Assembly: GCF_048593235.1 (NCBI RefSeq)
Contig: NC_133622.1
Span: forward strand, 257,118,055 to 257,182,054
DNA length: 64,000 bases
Direction of reading: 5' to 3'
Source of the DNA: Sminthopsis crassicaudata
Lineage: Eukaryota
Positions 30,301 to 41,800 of this stretch are shown piece after piece (position 1 is the stretch's first letter; every line of letters begins with the position of its first letter). The position numbers and the translations under genes were made by a program. The notes under the pieces are model-generated. The model ran no database searches, was not told the origin of the DNA, and saw only the letters and a program-made list of their open reading frames with translations.

Positions 30301-30456
30301 CTTTAGGAATAAGGAGACGCCACAGAGAGGGTCTTTTCTGCAGACGCCTTTACTGGCAGAGCCATCTCTGGTCTTTCAGTGGGCCCTCCTGGGTCGTACC
30401 ATTTACGCCCGGTGCGGGTCCCATTCTCTAGCAGGCCCCGCCCGGCCCCGTGTCCC

Positions 30457-33400
30457 TTAAACGGGCCCTGGCGTGAGCCCCAGGTCACAGCCGCCCTCTC
30501 TGTCCAGGGCCTCCTGCGGGGGGCGCTCTGTGCCCAGGGGCAGCAGGGGGCCAGCTCCACCTGGGAGCTGCCCTTCTTGCCCCAAGTCCTGGCCAGCCTG
30601 GGCCCTGCAGAGGCTGGGGCTGCTCCGCGGTAGGCCCCGGGGGCTCGTGCCCAGGAAGGGCGAGGAGGGTGCGGGAGTGGCCAGGCTGGGCATGCTGGCC
30701 CAGTGCCTGGGCGGGAGGCTGCTGGGGGCCGGCCCCGGGCCCCCCGCCCCCTCGAGAGCGTGGTGCTGGGAGGGCGGGGGGGCAGACTGCTCTGGGGTGC
30801 CGGGAGGAGGAGGGGGAGGGCCGGCGGGATAGGCGTCCTCATCGGGAACACTTTCCAGGGGCAGCAGCTCTTCAGGGGATGGGGGAGGAGGGAAGCGGGC
30901 TGCATCCAGCTCCGGGGGGCCACCCCCTGCCGGCCTCCCCTCCTCGGGGGAAGCCGGGGCTTGGGGGGCCGGGCCCGAGGAGGCCGTAGGTCCGGGCCGC
31001 GCGCCAGCTTCTTCCGGGTCTCGGCTGTCCGGCTGCTGGGGCTCCTGAGGCTGGGCACAGGGCGCATCTTCGGGGGGCACAGGAGGCTGGCTGGCTGGTG
31101 CGGGGCTGAGGGTGGGGCTCTGGGTGCGTGCTGCTTTGCTCTGCCCATTAATCACAAGGCCCAGGGAGAGGTCCACTCCCAGAGGTTTCTTGGGGAGCTC
31201 CTCCAGTTTGGCTGAAGGAAAAGAAGGCAGTGGGCATTCGGAGCCCCAGCCACCCTCCCTGACCCGCTGGGGAATGCGCCGGTTCTATAAGGGAGGGCCG
31301 GGACTCGAACCCAGAAGCCCAAACCCTGGCCTGGGCAGCGATTGTTAGAGCGCCAGCTCCCCGGGAAGAGGGCTGCCTCAGGAGGCTTCCGGCTGTCCCC
31401 TGAGCTGGCAGCCCCCCAGGCCGCCCTCGGCCGCTCTGGCCCTGCCGGGCAGGCTGTCCCCCGGCCCCCCCGGGCCATCTCCTGCTTGCCCCGCTGCGGC
31501 CCTCCTCGGGGGTCTCTGCCTGCGCGCCTCCGGCCTCGGCCCCCGTGCCCACCTGGCGGGGGCAGCTCGCACTTCATTCGGCGCAGCTCGGCCATGGACG
31601 CCTGCAGGTGGTCCAGGACCGCGTCGTCTTCGTGGGGCCACGGGCCGGCCAGCTTCTCCTGCAGAAATTCTCGGAGCTCCTCCAGGGACATCTTCAGCAG
31701 GCGCTCTGGAAATCCAAGGGGGGCGGGCGGTGAGCCCCCGCCCGCAGCTCCTGCCCCCCCACCCGAGCCCGGGGTCCTTACTCCTGTGCAGCTTGAGGAC
31801 TGTGTAGGCCATGGCGGTGAGAACCCTCTCGCCCTCCAAGATGTACACGTCCCACAGGCGCAGGGTCAGGGTGAACGGGGTCTGTGGAGGAGAGGCGGGC
31901 TGAGAGGGGGTCCCCGGGGGTCCCCGCCCCCCAGGCCCTGGAGCAGGCGGGGGCCCTGCCGTCCTCACCCGGTCGATGAAGCACTGCAGGAACCACTTGG
32001 TGGTGTAAATGCCGGTGGACATCTGTTCCTTGTCCTGCGGGGAGAGAGAGGAGATGGGGGCTCGCCCTGAGCCGCGGTGGGCACCCCTGAGCCCACGGTG
32101 GCACTGGCCCGTGCCCGCAGGGCCCGCGCGCTCACCATGTGCTTCTTCAGCTTGGGCAGGGCCTTCCCCAGGATCTGCTCGTGGTGGTCCTGGAAGCGCT
32201 GCAGCTTGGGGAATCCGGGCGTGAAGAAGCCTGTGGGGAGCCCACGGGGCAGAGGGCTCAGCAGCAGCTGGGGAGAGAGCCCGGGAGCCACCTCGGCTTC
32301 ACCCCCTGCCCGCACGGGGGCGGGCTTCCCCAGTGAGCACGGTGCCCCCGGGCAGTGCCAGCTGCAGCCCCAGCCCCCCCCAGACTCCACGCTGAGAGCG
32401 GAGTTGGTCCGGGCAGCCCCCCTCCCTCGCCCCCAGGGAGGAGGGGGGGAGGGGCGGGCACTCACCGTGCATCGCGTGCTTCTGATTGGCCAGGAGCTGG
32501 GCCAGCGCCCAGAAAGCCTCCTCTTCGTTCAGGTACATCAGCAGGATGGCCGCGATCTGACTCATGCCCTGGCAATAGCTAACCTCCTGCGGGGCGCCCG
32601 CGGCCAGACACACAGAGAAGACTTGGGGGGGAGGGGGGCACCTCCCCCTCCCCAGGCTCCGCGCGCCCCTCCCCCCGCCACCCCCACCCCCCCGCCCGGG
32701 AACCCCCGGCTCACCGTGTTGTAGACGGAGTAGGCGGCCAGGACGTGGAACAGCGCTTGCTGCCTGGGGAGAGAGGGGGGTCCGTGGTCTCGGCGGCCGC
32801 CCTGCCCGCTCTCCGGCCTTCCCACCCTCGGCAAAGGGCGCCCCCCGGCGGTCAGGCTGGCCCGCCCGCCACTCACTTCACTCCGTAGCGGTCGCGGAAC
32901 ATGATGTGGTTGCGGAACGTCCGGTGGATGTCCAGGTCGATCTGCCTGATCTCAGAAGAGAAGCTCTGGGCCTTCTCCTTCATCTCCTGCGGGGGCGGCG
33001 GCGCGTCAGGGCCGAGCCCAGCGAGGGGAGCCTGGGCTGGGGCCGCCCGTGGACGAGGCAGCGAGGGGCTCCGGCGCTCCCCTCCGGCCTCCGCCCCCCG
33101 CGCCCCGTGCGCTGCCCTTCTGGGGGCTCCGGGGCCCCGTGCTTCTCCCCCAGTCCGCCTCTGGCTGGTGCTACCTCACCCGCAGCTTTGCTCCTTTTGT
33201 TTTTATTCTGCCGGGTCTCCCCTCCCTCCCTCCGTCCGCCCGCCGGGCACCACTGCGGGCTGCAGTCTTTGTAAGGCTCACAAATAGCCCGGCTCCTCTC
33301 CGGTCTCAGGGCCCGCGCTCTCCCGGTGCGGCCCACCCCCGTCGCGGCCTGGGGCGGTTCTGTCCCGCGTTTCAGGCCGCTGAGCCCCCCCACCACAATC

Positions 33401-36400
33401 AGCCCTGTTCAGCCATTCCCCAATTGCCGCTGGGCTGGGAATCCTAGCCCTCCCCGCCCCACCGAGCCGCTTGTAGAACCCGCCCCAGGGGGGTGGGGGA
33501 GGTACTGCTGGAGCACGGAACATCCTAAGGAGGCTTGGGGCGTAATTCCAGATTGTTCCCAGGAGGGTTGGATCCCCCCCCAGTCCGCTAGTGTCCCGAC
33601 TTCCCCCCCTCCTTCCACCATTTATTGCTTTCCCCTCAATCACTTTAGCCAATCTGATAGGAATAAGGTTTTAATTTGTTTCTCTCCAGTCTTTCATATG
33701 ACTCTATAAAATCTGATTTCATCAAAAATTTGCTGATTTATAACCTTTGACCACTTGTCAATTGGGGAATGACTTGTATCCTATTAGATTCCACCAAGTT
33801 CTCTATTCAGCTGGATAGGAGACCTTTATCTGAGAAACTATCAAATCCCTCCCCCCCATCTTGGGCTTTCCTTCTGATCTTTGCCACATTGGTTTAATTT
33901 GCATAAACCCGCTTAAGATTGAACAGAATCAGAATTATTTTCCACCCCACAGTAATCTCTTATATATTCATAAACTGTCAGCTCCTCATGGAGGTTCTTC
34001 CAGGTTCTCCTCACTTTCTTAGGTCATCTCCCTTTACATCTAGGTCACAGCTCCCTCTGGACCTGATCTTGGAAGTTTGCTTCTTATTGCACCTTCCCCC
34101 GCCATGCTCTCCTCTCCAGTCCCATTGCTGCTCTGTCCCTCCCCTCCCCCCAACGTGCTTTGTTCAGAGTGGGGGCTTCCCCCGGGGCCCTCTCCCTTCT
34201 GTCCTTGTGGACGCTGCCCGTCCTTCGAACTCCTGGCGGGCAGACGCTGCCTCCAGGAAGCCTTCCCGGGGCCGGCTCAGCGGGCAGAGCTTCCCCTCAG
34301 CCCTTCTCTGTCTTCCCTCCTCTGAGGCTAAGCTCCGGGAGAGACTCCACTCTGGTGCCCTCCCACCCCTGGGCCCCTTACTAAGTACACAGTAGGTGCT
34401 TCATAAAGCTTGCTGGATGTGGGCTGGTTCAGGTGACTGCTTCATCTGGAGGATGGCATTAGGGCAACTCTGGGGACCCCGGGGGTGGAGGTGGCCCGGG
34501 CTGGCACCTGCTAGTCCATGATGGTGGAAGAGGGAGGGGTTTGGTGCCCAGAGCCCTGATCCCTGAGCTTGGCGGCTCTGGGTGAATCCGGCACTTTTTC
34601 GACGTGAAACCTGGGCACGCTGCTTGGACTCGCTCCCTGTTTCCCCCTCAGGAAAAAGGGGAATCCTGACTGTCCCCCCCTCCTCCAGAGTGGCAGGAAG
34701 GCGGGCAGGGAAGAAGCATTTTTAAGCACCTCCTGGGTGCCAGGCAACATGCTGAGCCCTTTACAAAGACTCAGTTGATCCTTGTAATGGCCCCGGGCAC
34801 GAGCACTGTTTTAGAGTCGTGGAAGCCGAGGAAGCTGGGAGAGAACCCTGCGGCTTCCTCAGCATGGGGGGAGGGGCTGAGCCCAGAGGAAGGCCCGGAA
34901 CGAGTGGGCTCGGGCTGGAGGTGGGGGAGGACGGGCCGGGACCTGCGACCCGGCTGGGAAAGCCACTGAGAGTCACAGGGCAGGGTCTCCTACCTCATAT
35001 TTGCCGGGGTTTTCTGTCTTCACCTTCTCCACTTCCAGGAGGAGGGACCAGACTTGGCCCCGCACCTGCAGAGGGATGCCCTTGTAGACCCTTCGAGCCA
35101 TCTGAGGGAAGAGAGAGGGCACCGGCCCTTGGAGCGGGCACCCACTGGCCAAGCGGGTCCCTACAGGAGGTGCCCTGGCTCCTTTCCCCAGCCTGCACAG
35201 GGCCAAGGGACAGGAGCCTCCCTCCCCCTGTATCTCTAACTCTGTGACCTTTTCCCAGCCTTGGAGGCCCAGTTCAGGCCCTGCCTCCTCCAGGCAGCTC
35301 CCCCGGGCCCAGCCTCCTCATCTGGTCAGTCAGAAGTCACCTTTGCTTTTTGGAACCTCCTGCTGAACTCTGTCCTCCACCCCAGCCTGTGTTTGCCCCC
35401 CATATCCGCATATGTACCCGCCCCCCCAACTCAGACATACACATTCATACCCCCACCTATACATCCATATCTACACCCTGTACCCCAATATACACACCCC
35501 ACCCACATCTATACCCTGTACCCCCACATACATGTCCCCACATATATATCCTGTACCCCCAAACACAGTCCCCAGCCCCCCATACCTATCCCTCCAAGAC
35601 ATTTTTTTATTTTACTTTATTTTTTTTATTTATTTTATTTTTTTTTATTATATATTTTTTATAATATTATCCCTTGTATTCATTTTTCCAAATTATCCTC
35701 CCCTCCCTCTACTCCCTCCCCCCGATGACAGGCAGTCCCATACATTTTACATGTGTTACAATATAACCTAGATACAATACATGTGTGTAAATCCCATTTT
35801 CCAAGACATTTTTCTAGGAACTCTCTCTCGGTTCCCATCTCCCAGTGCAGGGCTCTAGGACTCAGCACGCTGAACAAGTAGGGAGAGAATGGAGGGAGCC
35901 ATCCCTCTCATTTAGCCAGGAAGGAGTCCAAGGAATATCTGACTAAGGGGGACTGACTAATCTGCCCCGGCTCCCAGGCTCCCACTGCCCCGGCCCCCGC
36001 GGCCCCCGCTCCGGCCTCCTACCTTCTCACTGTGCCGGTATTTATCCCATTTCTTCAGCATCTTCAGCCACTTGTCCACCCGCTCGATCTCCTGGAGCTT
36101 TTGCTGAAAAATGAAGTCCGAGTGTCCGCAGGGCGGGGAGTCCCTGGAGAAGTGCCCCCAGACACGCGGAGAGGGGACCCAGCGGCCCTGCGGGAGAGCC
36201 GCCCCTCGAGGCGCCCTGCGCCCGAGTACAAATCTGGACAGAGGGGCTTACTACTGCAAGGGGCGGTCCGGAAAGATGATAAGACTGAAGGACGAAGGGG
36301 GAGAGAGAGATGCTGGGGATCGGAAAGGGACAGGGAAGGGAAGGAGAAGGGGATGGGGAAGAGGAAAGGGAAGAAGGGGGAAGGGTGGGGAAGGGAAAGG

Positions 36401-37380
36401 AGAAAGGAAAGGGGAGGGAAAGGGAAGGGAGAAGAGGAAAAGGAATGGGAAGGGAAAGAGAAGGGGGAAAGGGAAGAGAAAAAGCGAGGGGCTAGAGCCT
36501 GCAGCACCTCTCGGGCACAGCCGGCCTCCTGCCTTCTGGGGAGGGGTCCCCAGCCCCCTTCTGCAGCCCTCTGCTGGCTCTCACCTTCTCCTCCAGGGCG
36601 CTGTGGCTTGGCAGTTCACTCTCACTGGGAGGACAGAGGAAAAGGATAGTGAGGGCCCCCCTAGGACAAAACCCTCCAGGAGCTGCCCTGGGGCAGGGGT
36701 CTCGGGTCGGGCCTGGGGCCCCTCCAAGTCCACCGGTGACGGGACCCCTGGCAAGCACCAGCCTCTTCTGAAGTCTCCTTGTCTCTAAATTGGGGGGCTG
36801 GCTCTCTGTCCCTCCGCACTCCCTATCTGGGACTCTGGGTTTGGGGGGCTTGAGGGCCGGGGTGCCCGTCTGAACAGCCAGCCCCAACCTGGAAAGCTCT
36901 CAGCCTTCCAGGACAGCGCCTCTGGGGGCATCTGGGCCTGCCTGCAGGACAGTGGGGTGCACGGGGCCCAGGGCAGAGCACTTACTGTAGAAACCCAAAC
37001 CGGTCCGTGACTTTGTAAAGGGCGAAGTCTGCGTCCTCCCAAGGGTCGATCTGAGCCCCATGCTGTCTCCCCTGTAAAGGGAGGGGGGCTCAGGGAGCCG
37101 CCTGCCCCACGCTGGGCCTCCCCCCTCTCCCAGCGCCGCCGTGGGGCGAGCTCTACCCACCCCCACTCTTTCCTGGAAATCCGGGCCCACTCAGGCCTGC
37201 CCACCGGCCCCGGATCCCTCAGGCTGGGGACCTCGCTGCTCGGGAAGTGGAGGGGCGGAGGGCTCCGGGAAGGACTGAGGGGGCTCGGAGCGGCTCCTGT
37301 AGACAGCGCCTCACCTTCCGGTACTTGGCAATGATTTCAGCTCTCTCCTCGGAGACCAAAACCTCAACGTCCTTCTTCAT
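30457..37380 (-). CDS. USP6NL/TBC1D3-family TBC-domain Rab-GAP paralogue, 609 aa from the ATG at 37380, 13 coding exons
   Basis: Exons on the minus strand: 37380-37315, 37071-36986, 36624-36585, 36103-36023, 35101-34994, 32986-32877, 32763-32715, 32586-32466, 32230-32136, 32034-31969, 31881-31782, 31705-31553, 31211-30457. Total 1830 nt, phases consistent, internal introns all GT-AG. Motifs [52 protein letters not shown] (R-finger), EVSYCQGMS (Q-finger), [24 protein letters not shown]. Confidence 0.93.
35607..35799 (-). mobile_element. Young L1 3'-end insertion in a TBC-gene intron
   Basis: Same family as 13580-14367; 14-bp TSD TCCAAGACATTTTT at 35593-35606 and 35800-35813. Confidence 0.9.
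36295..36490. repeat. Polypurine/polypyrimidine (GA-rich) tract
   Basis: About 190 bp of nearly pure A/G on the plus strand. Confidence 0.85.
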
Positions 37381-38214
37381 GTCCAGGGAGGGGAGGCGAG
37401 AGAAGCCCCTCCCCCGCTCTGTGCTCACAGGCACCCCTGCCACAACAGCCCGAGGAAGGAGAGAGTGAAAAGGGATGAGAAGGGAGGGGAGGGGAGGGGG
37501 GGGAAGAAACGGGAGGGGAGGGGCGGGGTGCACCAGCTGGGCCTGCCTTCTTTGGCTGTCCACGATCCTGGGCCAAGGCCAGGCAGGAGAGCCTGGTGCA
37601 GTGGACACACAGGGAGACATTCCCTCGGGGAAAACTGGAAACCGACCAGCGGGGTCCTGGGGGTCCACTCAGCCACCCACAGGGACGCGGGCCTTTGCTC
37701 TACCAGCTCCGATTTCTGGGCCCTGTGGGGGCCGCTCAGGGACCCAGAACCGCAGCCCCTGGAGCAGAATCACAGGGTCAGCCCTGGTTACAGCGTCCCT
37801 GCCTGCCGTCCTCCAAGAAAGGAGAGTCTACCAGCTCCCGAGGCAGCCCGTGTCACACTGGGACAGCTGTCAGCCTCAGCAGTGGTTTCCTGGCTTCTGG
37901 CTTCCCTCAGCCTCTCTGTCACCCTCCCCCACCGGGGGGGCCCCACCAAGCTCTCCAGATCCCCAAAGATGGCTGAATGCCCCCCAGGTCCTTCAACTGG
38001 CTCTCACGTGGCAGGCCCCTCCTGGGACCACTGGAGTCAGCCTCAGACCCCTCCTGGCTACCTCTCACCCCTCTCTGCCTCAGTTGTTCTGTCTGTGAAA
38101 TGGAGCTAAGAGGAGCCCCAACCTCCCAATGATGCAGACCCACAGCAGCAGCTGGGGAGATCCCCTTCCTCCTGGGACCCGTGACTGAGCCTGAAGCCCC
38201 CTTCTCAGGCCAGC

Positions 38215-39175
38215 GCATGTATGCATGTATGTGTGCTTGTGTGCATGTGTGTATATGCACACGTAGAGGTATGCTTAAGTCTGCAGTGCATGTGTATTTG
38301 TACATGTGTGCATTGTACACATGGGTGCACTGCACATGTGCATGCGTGCTTGTACGTTTGCAGGTATGTTTGTGTGCAAGTTTGTACATGTGCACAGGGC
38401 TATGGTGCATGGGTGCACTGTGCGTGTGCATGCGTGTTTGTACCATGCAGAGGTTTTTGTGTGCACACTTGTACATATTCACAAATGCATGCGTGCCTGG
38501 GTGCACTGTGCTTGTGCATGTGTGCTTGTACTATGCAGAGGTTTTTGTGTGCATACTTGTACATATTCACAAATGCATGGGTGCACTGTGCGTGTGCATG
38601 CGTGCTTGTACTATGCAGAGGTTTTTGTGTGCATACTTGTACATATTCACAAATGCATGGGTGTACTGTGCGTGTGCATGTGTGCTTGTACTATGCAGAG
38701 GTTTTTGTGTGCATACTTGTACATATTCACAAATGCATGGGTGCACTGTGCGTGTGCATGCGTGTTTGTACTATGCAGAGGTTTTTGTGTGCATACTTGT
38801 ACATATTCACAAATGCATGCATGCATGGGTGCACTGTGCGTGTGCATGTGTGCTTGTACTATGCAGAGGTTTTTGTGTGCATACTTGTACATATTCACAA
38901 ATGCATGTGTGCATAGGTGCACTGTGCGTGTGCATGCGTGCTTGTACGTTTGCAGGTATGTTTGTGTGCAAGTTTGTACATGTGCACAGGGCTATGGTGC
39001 ATGGGTGCACTGTGCGTGTGCATGCGTGTTTGTACCATGCAGAGGTTTTTGTGTGCACACTTGTACATATTCACAAATGCATGTGTGCATGGGTGCACTG
39101 TGCGTGTGCATGCGTGCTTGTACTATGCAGAGCTTTTTGTGTGCACACTTGTACTATGCAGGGGTGTTTGTGTGC
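38215..39175. repeat. Purine-pyrimidine-alternating minisatellite, 80-bp monomer with a 592-bp higher-order duplication
   Basis: GTGCACTGTG starts at 38581, 38661, 38741; variant block CGTTTGCAGG...CAGGGCTATGG recurs at 38355 and 38947. Confidence 0.93.
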
Positions 39176-41179
39176 ATACAAAGGCCCCCAGCCAAGACAG
39201 AACCCCTTGCTGGAGGCAGGGCCTCTTACCAGAGCAGGCCTTGGCAGTCTAAACACATCCAGAGAGCGCCTTCGAACTAGCAGGCAGGAGGGCCGCTGGC
39301 CCTCCCCGGGGCCTGGAAGTCCATGTCAGAGCACCAGCCGCCAGGCCGCCCTGGCCATCAGCCCCCGAGGGCGAATCCCTCGCATGCTGCCTGGGTCAGG
39401 TGCGCCTCGAGGCCAGCAGTTGGGGCGCCCAAGCCTTCTGGCGGCTCACTGCCCGCATGCAGACATCCTTCTGGGGGCCGCTCACTAGGAGGAGGGAGAG
39501 AAGAGGGCATCACCCTGGGAAAGCGCCCGCACCACAGGCCGGACGGGGGCTTGCCGCCAGCTCCCCACCCCGATTCCCCGCAGCCTTCCAGCATCACCTT
39601 CAGGCTTCTGGGGAGGACCCACCCCCAGCCGGTGGCTGCTCCCTGTGACTCCCTGACCCAGTGCCCACAACAGGGCAGGACAGGAGGGCGGGGAAGCTGC
39701 CAGCTGCAGGGCATGGAACGGTCAAACAGGTGCCGCCCCCTGGGCACAAGCCATCCTGGGGCTGCCAGGATCATCCTCCCCTGTACTAGGTCCCTGGTGT
39801 GTGTGGGGGGTTAGGGCCCCTCCCATTCTACCACACTCAGGGACCAGAAAAGGGATGTGTTGGAGAAAATGGCCGAATCTCATTATTTCTGCAGTGCTCA
39901 CAGCCCTGGGAGGGAGACACTATCACCATCCCATTTTACAGATGAAGAACCCAAGGTAGGCAGGTCCCACCCAACTAGCGAATGTCTGTGGCTGGACTTG
40001 AACTCGGGGCTCGTCGGCTTCCCATGGGGCATCCATCCCCCGGGGCCAACACTGGGGCGGGGGGAGGCCCTTCCAAAGAGGCTGTGCCAGGGGCGCTGGG
40101 GCAGAGGGGCAGAGGGGCCGGGAACCGGGCTTGGAGCCTTTCTCAAACCTGGATTTTGACCAGAGACCCAGGGCTACTCTGGCAAGTCTGGGAGAAGCTG
40201 GCTCCCAAGGAGAGGCTGCGGCCGCACTGGGGGGCCTGCTAGGGTGGGCCCGGTACGGCCAGGTCACCCCGATGGGGCATTCTGGTGCGGGTCACCTCTG
40301 GCCATTCCTCTGGGCAGTGCCGCCTGGCAGCTGGAAGGGGGGACTGCCGGCCCCTGTTGAGCCTCAGTGTGGGAGGGAAGCCTGAAGGTCTCCCCGCAGT
40401 GCCCGCAGACTCAAGGAGAAAGGGCAGGGCCCCTGGAAGGCGCAGAGGACACACGGCCCCCGGAAGCCAGAGCTGCAGGTCTGCTTCCTCTCCCGTGGGA
40501 TGCCGGTTCCTGAGCAAGGACCGAATCCCAGACTCCCCAAGAAAATCCCTGGTCGAAAGGCTGCTCACTTGATGTGGAGGCAGAGGACTGGGGAGTTGGG
40601 GGGGCTCTCTGTAATTGGCTGCTTGGCTGGACCTGGGCCAGATCTTGCTCCTTAGCCTTCCTGATTAATGGGCTTCCCTCGGGCTTTGGGGTTCTGAGTG
40701 CTGGCTCCCACTGTGGGAGCTCCTGCCATGGGGAGCTCCTCCTGGGTGTGGCTCAAGTCGCCCCCTTCACAAGTCTGAGTTCCTCGGAGACATCCCCGAG
40801 CAGACACACGCCCTGCTTTCGGCTCCTTCCCTTATTCCCATCAGGATCTTCTCTTGCCAGACTTGTGGCTTGGGGGGCTAACTGGCCCTGCAGAGATTTT
40901 AGTCTTTGAGCTTGTGGTGTGTTTGTGGGGCCTCTGAACATTTAGAACCCTCCATTTCTGAAGTCCAGGGCTTTTCAGAGGATCTATTCCAGTGGAACAG
41001 AACACAGTGGAAAAGGCAAGATGTGCTCAGAGACCCTTGCCTTAAGGCTTGTGTGGAGGGATTTCCATTGATAAGTGTTTATTAAGTCTCTATAGTGTGC
41101 AAGGCTCTCTTAAAGAATTTTCATGTGTGATCCTGGGCAAGTCACTTAACCCCAATTGCAGAAGAAGGAGGAGGACGAG

Positions 41180-41800
41180 GAGGAGGAGAATTTTCAACAC
41201 TGGAACTGAGTGGATACTCATTAGCTGAAGAATGGCTGAGTAAGTTACGGTATATGAATATAATGAAATATTCTTGTTCTGTAATAAATGACCAACAGGA
41301 GGATTTCAGAGAGGTCGGAGAGACTGACAGGAATCGATGCTTAGAGAAATGAGCAGGACCAGGAGATCTCTGTACACGCAACAAGATTATGTGATCAACA
41401 GTGTTGGAAATGAGGAGATTCAAGGCAATTCCAATAGACGGGAGATGGAAAGTGCCATCCACAGGCCAGAGAGCACTGTGGAGGCTGAATGTGGATCAGA
41501 GCAGAGGATTTCACCTTTGTTGTTGTTTGGGTTTTTTTTTTTTTTTCTTTCTTGTGTTTTTTTTTTTTTTTTTTTTTCTGATTTTTCTTGTGCAGCATAA
41601 TGAATATGGAAATATGTTTAGAAGAATTGCCCATGTTGAACCTATATCAGTTTGCTTGCTGTCCTGGGGAGAGGGGAGGGAGAGCTAAGAAAGGGAGACA
41701 AATTTGGAACACAAGGTTTGGCAAAGATGAATGTTGAAAACTATCTTTGTATGGATTTGGAAAAATAGAATACTATTAAAAGTTTTTTAAGGTTCAATAG
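41180..41800 (+). mobile_element. L1 3' end (ORF2 end and 3' UTR)
   Basis: Matches the L1 family end seen at 13800-14300, with more divergence. Confidence 0.8.

Noticed and set aside
38181-39488. 435-aa Cys-rich ORF resembling metallothionein or keratin-associated protein
   Set aside because: All frames on both strands are open because of the TG/CA-alternating repeat; no coding signature.
39230-39780. Candidate upstream coding exons for the TBC gene (donors near 39229 and 39658)
   Set aside because: Neither gives an open phase-1 frame compatible with exon 37382; the exon at 52032-51951 fits better.
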